Shown here in pieces: positions 8,889 to 17,511 of a stretch of 32,095 nucleotides of DNA (the stretch's first letter is position 1; every line of letters starts with the position of its first letter). The notes under the pieces were generated by a model. It did not search any database and had not been told where the DNA came from. It worked only from the letters and a program-made list of their open reading frames with translations. A program made the translations under genes and the position numbers. Source of the DNA: Minisyncoccota bacterium (GTDB taxonomy: Bacteria; Patescibacteriota; Minisyncoccia; Phycocordibacterales; SBAW01); contig DASZPE010000048.1 in the NCBI GenBank assembly GCA_035550415.1, forward strand, positions 1 to 32,095. The letters are read 5' to 3'.

Positions 8889-10186
8889 TATTGTTTCGGC
8901 AAAAGGTGCGCGAGCGACTGGCCGCCTTCGGCTATGGCGGTCGCCGGCGCCGATTCTCCGCTTACCACCGATTCTATCATGGTCTCAAAGACGCTATCGG
9001 TGTCGCTCGGGCTTGGGTCGAGCCAGCTCTGCGAAATGAGCGCCGACTGCATGAAGACCTGTGCCGCGGCGCTGCCTGAGGTATCAACCGGCACGTCGCG
9101 GCGCACCGGCGGCAGTGAGAGCGCCCCCGCGATGAGGCCAACGGCGGCTTTGCCGGAGAGCTTCTGCGCGATCGTAAGCGCTCCTTGGACATTGGCGGCG
9201 CTGCGCGGGATCGCCAAGCCGGTAACCTTGCCGTAGGTCACCTGGCTCGAGTTGCCGGCAATCTGCGGCAATAGTGCCACATTGAAGCGAAGATTGGGGT
9301 TGCTCTGCGCGATTCCTTCGTACTCACTCGCGTAGCCGAAGTACATCGCTACGTCGCCGGCGGTGAATGCATCGGGCGCCGAGGGCAGCGAGCGATTCCA
9401 CGAGTAGCTCGTCTTGGTTGGGTTGGCGAACTCGGTATAGAAGCGCAGCGCGGACTCGGCGGGGTCGCCGGACTGATTCTGCGCGGACGCGCCAAGGGTT
9501 ACCACCGGCGTCCCTTGACTGTTACGCGCAACGATTGTGTCACCCACTTGCATAAAGAGAGCCGCGAGGATCTCCTTCGCGTCGGGAATATTGCCCCACT
9601 CGCCCAGCGCCACGGCGCTCCGCTGCACCGCGGAGCGGTTGTCGAGCGCGGTGATCTTGGGTGCAAGAGTAAGAAGGTCATCCCAGGCCGCAGGCGGCGA
9701 AGCAACGCCTGCCGAGGCGAAAAGGTCGCGATTGTAGTACATGACCAGCGGGTCGATCGTGAACGGCAGCGCGAGCGCGCCCTGCGAAGTCAGGAACACA
9801 TCCCCCGCATCAACGAACGAAGATTGGTACGTGCCTTGCGAAATGATGCTATATGGGATGGTGAGAACCTTGTCCGAAAATGACAGCGTGTCTTCCCCGG
9901 ACATAAGGAAGAGGTCCGGCCCCGTGCCCGCCGCCATAGCGTTGATGAGATCTTGCTCGTAGCCGGCGGAGCTTTTCTGGACGTAGGTTACGCTCTGGAA
10001 GGATTTGTCCTGCGTCTCGAGCGCGTCGAGCAGCCCCTGCATCGTTTGGCGGTCGATCGTACCCCAAATAACCACGGACCCGACGCCCTTGCTCCCCAGG
10101 ACTCCGCCGAACGCAGCAAAGACGCCGATGCCGACAAGAATGAGGGCCGAGAATATGCCAAGAACGATAATCTGGAACGTGGACAT
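8888..10186 (-). CDS. extracellular solute-binding protein (ABC-type family 1-like), membrane-anchored
   Basis: 432 aa. N-terminal TM anchor IIVLGIFSALILVGIGVFAAF. SBP-like blocks VVIWGT, AAGTGPDLF, DPLVMYYNRDLFASAGVASPPAAWDDL, GDVAMYFGY, FNVALLP. No permease or ATPase gene nearby. Confidence 0.7.
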   Translation of the reverse strand: MSTFQIIVLGIFSALILVGIGVFAAFGGVLGSKGVGSVVIWGTIDRQTMQGLLDALETQDKSFQSVTYVQKSSAGYEQDLINAMAAGTGPDLFLMSGEDTLSFSDKVLTIPYSIISQGTYQSSFVDAGDVFLTSQGALALPFTIDPLVMYYNRDLFASAGVASPPAAWDDLLTLAPKITALDNRSAVQRSAVALGEWGNIPDAKEILAALFMQVGDTIVARNSQGTPVVTLGASAQNQSGDPAESALRFYTEFANPTKTSYSWNRSLPSAPDAFTAGDVAMYFGYASEYEGIAQSNPNLRFNVALLPQIAGNSSQVTYGKVTGLAIPRSAANVQGALTIAQKLSGKAAVGLIAGALSLPPVRRDVPVDTSGSAAAQVFMQSALISQSWLDPSPSDTDSVFETMIESVVSGESAPATAIAEGGQSLAHLLPKQ

Positions 10187-10212
10187 GAGCGTTTATGTAA
10201 TGATGCGCTTAT

Positions 10213-10755
10213 TTAGGCTTTTTTGCGAACGACAAATCCCCAGTGGTAGCCGCCGGCATGGAGCGTGCCCAGGACATCGAGGCCATGGGACTCGATGAGC
10301 TTCTTCCCCGCGGCGGCATCGAGCACGTGGTCGGGGTGCGGCCCAAGGCCCCCGAAGGAATCCTGCCAGTCGATGATGACGCCGCGGCCGGTCTTCTTCA
10401 TGATGCGGCGCATCTCGGCGAGCGCTTCGCCCTTTTCCCGCAGCATAAAGAGCACGTTCGCGAGGATAACCATGTCGAAATGGTTTGCGGGGAGCGGCGT
10501 GCCGCCCACGGCCTCGATGTCGCCATGAATAACCTCGACATTCGCAAGCCCCTCGGCCCCCGCAAGGTTTTTGATCCTCGGAAGGAGCTCCTTATTGATA
10601 TCGACCGCCCACACTACCCCGCCCTCGCCCACCTCGCGGGCCGCCGCGCGGGTGAAGAAGCCCGACCCTGCGCCCAAGTCGGCAACCTGCATGCCCTCGT
10701 GGATGCCGGCCGCGCGCAGCGCGGCGGCAGGATGTAAAAAAGCGGTGGTTTCCAC
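10213..10755 (-). CDS. class I SAM-dependent methyltransferase
   Basis: 180 aa from GTG 10755 (alternative ATG at 10692). Motif I VADLGAGSGFF, VWAVDIN, post-I/II blocks, FDMVILANVLF. Confidence 0.75.
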   Translation of the reverse strand: METTAFLHPAAALRAAGIHEGMQVADLGAGSGFFTRAAAREVGEGGVVWAVDINKELLPRIKNLAGAEGLANVEVIHGDIEAVGGTPLPANHFDMVILANVLFMLREKGEALAEMRRIMKKTGRGVIIDWQDSFGGLGPHPDHVLDAAAGKKLIESHGLDVLGTLHAGGYHWGFVVRKKA

Positions 10756-10767
10756 CGCTTTATTTTA
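10735..10767 (-). terminator. intrinsic terminator overlapping the methyltransferase start
   Basis: On the minus strand: AGCGGTGG-AAA-CCACCGCT followed by TTTTTT. Lies 24 nt downstream of the 38-aa ORF stop. Confidence 0.6.
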
Positions 10768-10770
10768 TCA
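10762..10770 (-). promoter_or_regulatory. extended -10 box (TGaTAAAAT) 6 nt upstream of the methyltransferase GTG
   Basis: The reverse complement of 10762-10770 is TGATAAAAT. The predicted transcription start falls inside the 5' arm of the terminator hairpin. Confidence 0.4.
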
Positions 10771-10790
10771 TTAAAATTTTGGCTACCGTC

Positions 10791-10907
10791 TTAGCCGAGG
10801 AGATACGAGCCTATGCACGCGTAGCCGACGACCACTACCGCAGTCAGCACGACGAGGCCGATCTCGGCGCCGTAGGTATTCTTGACTTTGCGGATTTTGG
10901 CTTTCAT
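10791..10907 (-). CDS. candidate 38-aa single-TM micro-protein
   Basis: Below the ORF-track size cutoff. Reads MKAKIRKVKNTYGAEIGLVVLTAVVVVGYACIGSYLLG*. Lys-rich N-terminus plus one TM, bracketed by terminators. No clear SD. Confidence 0.4.
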   Translation of the reverse strand: MKAKIRKVKNTYGAEIGLVVLTAVVVVGYACIGSYLLG

Positions 10908-10950
10908 ATCTGCAGTGACGGTATACGGATGAAAACCTTACAGCGGTGCC

Positions 10951-10984
10951 AAAAGAAACACCCGCCGCATGGGTAGCGGCGGGC
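10951..10984 (-). terminator. intrinsic terminator (copy A of a repeated hairpin)
   Basis: Stem CCCGCCGC/GCGGCGGG with loop ATGGGTA (plus-strand reading), followed on the minus strand by TGTTTCTTTT. Lies 9 nt past the stop of the 90-aa ORF. Confidence 0.7.
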
Positions 10985-10992
10985 GAGTTTCG

Positions 10993-11265
10993 TCAATCGA
11001 ACACAACCTTGCGGCCGGCAGCGCTGGTGATGAGCCGCCGGCTGAGCCGTACGGCCCACCCCGGAGCCACAAACGAACTCGGAGGTTCGTAGTAAACAGA
11101 ATCTCTGCGATACTGCTGCACGGTCTCCGCTACCGCTCGCCGGATGCCCGCTTCGAGCCGGTCATCAGCCTGCGCCTGGCGGACATGTTCCCCGAACGTC
11201 GGGCGGGGCCAATCCTGATGGTTGATCGGAAAGTCGTTATCGTCGAAGTCCCTTCTCTCTGCCAT
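10993..11265 (-). CDS. hypothetical protein (90 aa)
   Basis: Near-perfect SD TAGGAGGAACC-ATG, its own TGcTATAGT box upstream, and an intrinsic terminator downstream. No family recognised. Confidence 0.7.
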   Translation of the reverse strand: MAERRDFDDNDFPINHQDWPRPTFGEHVRQAQADDRLEAGIRRAVAETVQQYRRDSVYYEPPSSFVAPGWAVRLSRRLITSAAGRKVVFD

Positions 11266-11297
11266 GGGTTCCTCCTAGGCCTACCCTCCCGCCGGCA

Positions 11298-11306
11298 CTA
11301 TAGCAA
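11298..11306 (-). promoter_or_regulatory. extended -10 box (TGcTATAGT)
   Basis: The reverse complement of 11298-11306 is TGCTATAGT, 32 nt upstream of the ATG at 11265. Confidence 0.5.
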
Positions 11307-11317
11307 ACAGCCGACGT

Positions 11318-11725
11318 CTAGTCGATAAGGCCCTGTTGGTGATACCAGTCGAGAATCATCTCACCCATCTCGGTGGTGCGATGCTTGTCGGCGGTGGTAA
11401 ACCACGCCAGCTCGGCGACCTCGCTCGAGGGTACCGGCTCCTGCTTGAAGAGGGGGTCGGCGGCGAAGATGATCATTTCCATGGTGCCGCCGGTATGCGA
11501 CGGGCCGATGAAGGTTTTGAGATGTTTGATCGAAGCGCGGTTGAGGACAACACCTGTCTCCTCTTTGACCTCACGCATGAGCGCTTCTTCCTTGGTCTCA
11601 CCGGGCTCGATCTTGCCGCCGACACAATAGAAGATCTTTTCTTCCTTCTTCGAGCGGGCGAAGAGGACTTTGTGGTCCTTAACCGGCATCCATGCGACTT
11701 TCCGTACTCGTATGTCCTGAGTCAT
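11318..11725 (-). CDS. NUDIX hydrolase (MutT-like, 135 aa)
   Basis: ATG 11725 is preceded by AGGAGA 6 nt upstream; the 21-codon track extension is rejected. Nudix box GGKIEPGETKEEALMREVKEETGV. Confidence 0.85.
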   Translation of the reverse strand: MTQDIRVRKVAWMPVKDHKVLFARSKKEEKIFYCVGGKIEPGETKEEALMREVKEETGVVLNRASIKHLKTFIGPSHTGGTMEMIIFAADPLFKQEPVPSSEVAELAWFTTADKHRTTEMGEMILDWYHQQGLID

Positions 11726-11752
11726 AGCCGTCTCCTGTGTTCTCCTCCCCCA

Positions 11753-11761
11753 GATATAGCA
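11753..11761 (-). promoter_or_regulatory. extended -10 box (TGcTATATC)
   Basis: The reverse complement of 11753-11761 is TGCTATATC. Lies between the copy B terminator and the NUDIX SD. Confidence 0.45.
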
Positions 11762-11770
11762 CACATATAT

Positions 11771-11802
11771 AAAGAAAGCCCGCCGCATGGGTAGCGGCGG
11801 GC
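11771..11802 (-). terminator. intrinsic terminator (copy B of a repeated hairpin)
   Basis: Same CCCGCCGC-ATGGGTA-GCGGCGGG hairpin as at 10961-10983, followed on the minus strand by CTTTCTTTAT. Lies 8 nt past the stop of the 78-aa ORF. Confidence 0.7.
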
Positions 11803-11809
11803 TGTAGCG

Positions 11810-12046
11810 TTAGCGAGGCGGCCGCTTCACCTTGATTTTGGCGAGCATCGCCTCAACCTCGGGCGTGACCTCGACCGGGCCCTCCGGCTCGTCGGGATAC
11901 TCAAGCTCCGGTATGAGCACGTCGCGCGCGATAATCGGACCCATGCCCGCCTTGAGCCCGCGACGTCGCCCTTCAGCGATGCACCGCCGCACATCTTCTT
12001 CGGTCAGTTTGAGCGACCAAGGTGCCTTTCCAAACGGGTGGCTCAC
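11810..12046 (-). CDS. hypothetical protein (78 aa)
   Basis: GTG start preceded by the strong SD AAAGGAGGTGA. Acidic, Pro-rich C-terminal half. Followed by an intrinsic terminator. Confidence 0.65.
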   Translation of the reverse strand: MSHPFGKAPWSLKLTEEDVRRCIAEGRRRGLKAGMGPIIARDVLIPELEYPDEPEGPVEVTPEVEAMLAKIKVKRPPR

Positions 12047-12079
12047 TACTCAATCACCTCCTTTCTCTCTACTTCAATT

Positions 12080-12583
12080 CTATACCACACTCTGCAGTTC
12101 TTTGTAGGTTGCAAGGAAACCGGGCGTGAAAGCCTCGGGGTCTTTCTCTACCCAAGCATGAAGATCGGTCGGTGCGACCCACTTTATTTCAGCCACTTCT
12201 TCTTTATCGAGCAAGAACGGGCCGTCAGAGATGCCTTTGTAAATCATGTGGTGGATAAATATCTCCGGTATCCCATTATGCTGTGTGCGTATCTTCTTCA
12301 CCTCCTGCAGCGCTACGCCTGACAGCCCTAACTCCTCCTTAAGTTCCCGGTAGGCGGCAGCCTCATAATCTTCCCCGACATCGACATGGCCCGCGACCGA
12401 TTGGTCCCACCGCCCGGGCATGTACTGCATGCGCTCGCTGCGCCGCTGCACAAGAATTTCTCCTTTGGAATTATAAATATAGATGCGCACGATCCGCCGC
12501 CCCACGCCGCGAGCGTCGGCCTCGGCAATAGGCCCCGCCCCGACGACATTGTCGTCTTGATCGACGTAAATAATATTGGTCAT
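12080..12583 (-). CDS. NUDIX hydrolase (167 aa)
   Basis: Nudix box AGHVDVGEDYEAAAYRELKEELGL. Overall layout resembles IDI/YfcD-type Nudix proteins. Confidence 0.85.
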   Translation of the reverse strand: MTNIIYVDQDDNVVGAGPIAEADARGVGRRIVRIYIYNSKGEILVQRRSERMQYMPGRWDQSVAGHVDVGEDYEAAAYRELKEELGLSGVALQEVKKIRTQHNGIPEIFIHHMIYKGISDGPFLLDKEEVAEIKWVAPTDLHAWVEKDPEAFTPGFLATYKELQSVV

Positions 12584-12590
12584 TTAGGAT

Positions 12591-12911
12591 TTATTTAAGT
12601 TTAAATATAGAAATCAGATGCGCTCTATCCAAAAATAATCTGCGTTTAGATTCTCTCTTTTGTAATTCTGCCTCGACAGGTTTCTGTGCAGATTTAATTT
12701 GTAGCTCTTGCACGGATGTTGTTACGCCTCGTCCAAAATTTCCTACATTTATTCTATCTGGAATTGCATGAAGTTCCTCATTGAGGCGATTTATATGTCT
12801 ATCATGAAAAAACCACAACCAAAATGCAAGAATTATTGGAGTCAACACTACAAAAGATATTAAAATACCAAGAAAATAGTTAGAAAGAATGAACATTATC
12901 TGTGACGACAT
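12591..12911 (-). CDS. AT-rich ORFan, N-terminal TM plus charged tail (106 aa)
   Basis: Uninterrupted 106-codon ORF in DNA I hand-counted at 33% GC (100 G+C in 12601-12900). ATG lies 1 nt after the gyrA stop (TAA-T-ATG). TM segment FLGILISFVVLTPIILAFWLWFF, then a charged, helical-looking tail. Confidence 0.6.
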   Translation of the reverse strand: MSSQIMFILSNYFLGILISFVVLTPIILAFWLWFFHDRHINRLNEELHAIPDRINVGNFGRGVTTSVQELQIKSAQKPVEAELQKRESKRRLFLDRAHLISIFKLK

Positions 12912-12912
12912 A

Positions 12913-15393
<2,481 letters not shown>

Positions 15394-15398
15394 ACGGA

Positions 15399-15638
15399 TT
15401 AATAGCCGAGATCAGATGTCGAACTTGCCTCGCCCTGGACCGCGATGAGGGTCGCTGCCGCATTGCCGCCTGCCGTCTGCTGCGAGGCCGCAGTTGAAAG
15501 CTCGGAGAGCCGGACGCCGAGCGTACCGAGCCAGCCGACAAAGAGGAGCGCGGTCACGACGCCCGCCACCTGGAGCGCCAGCTGCCGGCGCTCGTGGGGA
15601 GTCTTCTCGTCTTGGAGCTTTTGGATATACGCTTTCAT
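15399..15638 (-). CDS. hypothetical single-TM protein (79 aa)
   Basis: Packed between the MBL-fold gene (6-nt gap) and gyrA (5-nt gap). One TM ([23 protein letters not shown]). No SD seen. Confidence 0.5.
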   Translation of the reverse strand: MKAYIQKLQDEKTPHERRQLALQVAGVVTALLFVGWLGTLGVRLSELSTAASQQTAGGNAAATLIAVQGEASSTSDLGY

Positions 15639-15644
15639 AAAAAA

Positions 15645-16265
15645 TTATGCTGCAAGCACGACGACCTCGCCCTCCTTGCCGTCGAGGTCCTTCTTCTTGA
15701 CGGTCAATTTGTCGACCGCTTGCGTACCCTCTGCGCCGGCTTCTTTAAGAAATTTCTTGAGCGTGTCGGCATCGGTCGGCATCGGCACGACAGCCTTGGG
15801 CTCGAGGCCGACCGCGAGCTTGTAGCTCGTTGCCACATCGACCACGCCCTCGCCGCCCACCGGCACGAAGAGCACGTCGATGTCGTCGAGCGCCTGCTTG
15901 GCCGCCTGCGGCAGATCTGCGCTGCTGAGCGCCCCCAAGAACGCGAGGTTCATGCCCTCGAGAGAGACACTATATATAGTATTGATGCTCTCAGTGCCGT
16001 CGTAAGAGGACGGCGCGCCGAAGCCGCGCACCTGGACGCCGCGTACCTCGTACTCGCCGGGGCCCTTGATGGCGAAGGGTTCGCGGTCGCCGAAGCTCGC
16101 GTTCTCGACGCCGTTAAAGTCTTCATGATCGAATGAGACAAGCACAATGTCCGAGCCGAACTTGGTCGACTTGAGGCGGGAATCCTTGGAAGGAGGATTG
16201 AACGAGAGCGTCAGATCGCCTTGCGTAACCTTGATATTCTGGCCGCCGAGGTAGCTGATAACCAT
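15645..16265 (-). CDS. MBL-fold (metallo-beta-lactamase superfamily-like) protein, metal motif degenerate
   Basis: 206 aa from ATG 16265 (MVISYLGGQNIKV...). The layout resembles UPF0173-type metal-dependent hydrolases, but the HxHxDH position reads SFDHEDF. Confidence 0.5.
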   Translation of the reverse strand: MVISYLGGQNIKVTQGDLTLSFNPPSKDSRLKSTKFGSDIVLVSFDHEDFNGVENASFGDREPFAIKGPGEYEVRGVQVRGFGAPSSYDGTESINTIYSVSLEGMNLAFLGALSSADLPQAAKQALDDIDVLFVPVGGEGVVDVATSYKLAVGLEPKAVVPMPTDADTLKKFLKEAGAEGTQAVDKLTVKKKDLDGKEGEVVVLAA

Positions 16266-16271
16266 ACCCCT

Positions 16272-16280
16272 AGTATAGCA
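16272..16280 (-). promoter_or_regulatory. extended -10 box (TGcTATACT) 6 nt upstream of ATG 16265
   Basis: The reverse complement of 16263-16280 is TGCTATACT-AGGGGT-ATG. Confidence 0.45.
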
Positions 16281-16427
16281 CAAATCGAGGTTCAAAAAAA
16301 GCCGCAGCCGCGGGCTAAAATCATGATTTATCCACTTGTGTATGCTCCGGCACGCGCGGTATGGTTAGGAAGGAATACGGAACTTTTCGCTTGCCAACGG
16401 TACGCAAGCACAACTGGTGAGGAACAG

Positions 16428-16613
16428 ATGCCGCAGAACAAATCGCGCGGGGGCAAACCCAAGCCATCCCAGGTCGATAACTGGAAACCCGTGGACCTAG
16501 AGTCTTTCGTCGACGACCAACCTCACAAACGTGAGCGTCAGCAAGAAGCCAGCGAGACTTCGCCCGTCGAAGATCGAGCTCCCAATGAGCTGAGGCAAAA
16601 TCAGCACGCCTGA
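16428..16613 (+). CDS. hypothetical highly charged small protein (61 aa)
   Basis: SD GGTGAGGA 6 nt upstream of ATG 16428. Strong terminator 17 nt after the stop. Low-complexity basic/acidic sequence MPQNKSRGGKPKPSQ... Confidence 0.55.
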   Translation: MPQNKSRGGKPKPSQVDNWKPVDLESFVDDQPHKRERQQEASETSPVEDRAPNELRQNQHA

Positions 16614-16629
16614 TGCCTCCCTGACCTTC

Positions 16630-16658
16630 GGTTCCGCCGCCTGGCGGAACCTCTTTTT
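16630..16658 (+). terminator. intrinsic terminator
   Basis: GGTTCCGCC-GCCT-GGCGGAACC followed by TCTTTTT. Confidence 0.75.
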
Positions 16659-16715
16659 ATATAGAGCCGAAAACAAGGGTATTTCTCCTATCCACAACAA
16701 CACGTTTTGACGAGC

Positions 16716-16744
16716 TTGACAAATAAATGAAGATCTAATAAGAT
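16716..16744 (+). promoter_or_regulatory. sigma-70-type promoter candidate
   Basis: TTGACA (16716-16721), 17-nt spacer, TAAGAT (16739-16744). Confidence 0.4.
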
Positions 16745-16832
16745 GGCTCTTATCTCGAAGTCGTCCTAGGCCTTGAACCTAGGAGAGGGCGGCGAGTGTT
16801 CTACTTCACCAACGGAAAAGGAAGGACGAAAG

Positions 16833-17309
16833 ATGCGTATGAAAGCGCTTCTCATCGGCAGTGCGGCAGCCTTTGCGGTTGCGGCATTCGCTCCGGCCTA
16901 CGCCTACTCGCCGCCCATCGCGGGCGACGGTCACGTCCTGGTCGTCGACCAGGGTCATCAGTGGAACGCTTATCTCGGCAACATCAACGTCGCCTCCAAC
17001 GACCACCTCGGCGTCATCGATCCGCTCATCGGCGCCGGCCACGTCCTGGCGATCAATGATGTGAACGGCTTCGACTACGTCGACAAGCAGATCGGCCACG
17101 CGCCGCCGCTGATCGCCTTCGCGATCGACAATTGGCGCGATGACAACAACCGCACCTCCGGCGCCGGCCATGGCGTTCTGATTCCGACCTGGACGGCTGC
17201 CCGCATCGACGGCGGCACGCTCCTCTTGACCCCCGCCATCGCCGACAACGGCGCCGGCGCCTCGGACAACCTCATGATCACGGAGCACGCCGTTTCGGCG
17301 ACGACCTGA
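16833..17309 (+). CDS. secreted hypothetical protein with G-x-G-H repeats (158 aa)
   Basis: SD AAGGAAGGA upstream of ATG 16833. Sec-type signal peptide MRMKALLIGSAAAFAVAAFAPAYA|Y. Three copies of a G(D/A)GH(V/G)(L/V)L-type motif (AGDGHVLVVD, GAGHVLAIND, GAGHGVLIP). Terminator downstream. Confidence 0.7.
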   Translation: MRMKALLIGSAAAFAVAAFAPAYAYSPPIAGDGHVLVVDQGHQWNAYLGNINVASNDHLGVIDPLIGAGHVLAINDVNGFDYVDKQIGHAPPLIAFAIDNWRDDNNRTSGAGHGVLIPTWTAARIDGGTLLLTPAIADNGAGASDNLMITEHAVSATT

Positions 17310-17336
17310 TTTGCTGGCTTCGGCCAGCACACTACC

Positions 17337-17374
17337 CCGCCACCTTGGGAAACCAGGGTGGCGGCTTTCTTTTT
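17337..17374 (+). terminator. intrinsic terminator
   Basis: CCGCCACCTTGG-GAAA-CCAGGGTGGCGG (12 bp including one G-U) followed by CTTTCTTTTT. Confidence 0.8.
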
Positions 17375-17380
17375 ATACGA

Positions 17381-17409
17381 TTGCAATTCTGGCGTCATTT
17401 TGCTATAGT
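17381..17409 (+). promoter_or_regulatory. sigma-70-type promoter of rpsA
   Basis: TTGCAA (17381-17386), 17-nt spacer, TATAGT (17404-17409), preceded by TGc (extended -10). Confidence 0.55.
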
Positions 17410-17480
17410 CTTCAGCAATAAAGAGCCTCGTGCTTTTTATGAGTGCGCACGGGATTAATCTCCGCAGGAGGACCCGTCGT

Positions 17481-17506
17481 AAAACCAAATAATAAAACCA
17501 AATAAT
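17481..17506 (+). repeat. perfect 13-nt tandem duplication AAAACCAAATAAT x2 in the rpsA leader
   Basis: Positions 17481-17493 and 17494-17506 are identical. The repeat ends 5 nt before the rpsA ATG (17512). Confidence 0.9.
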
Positions 17507-17511
17507 AATGT

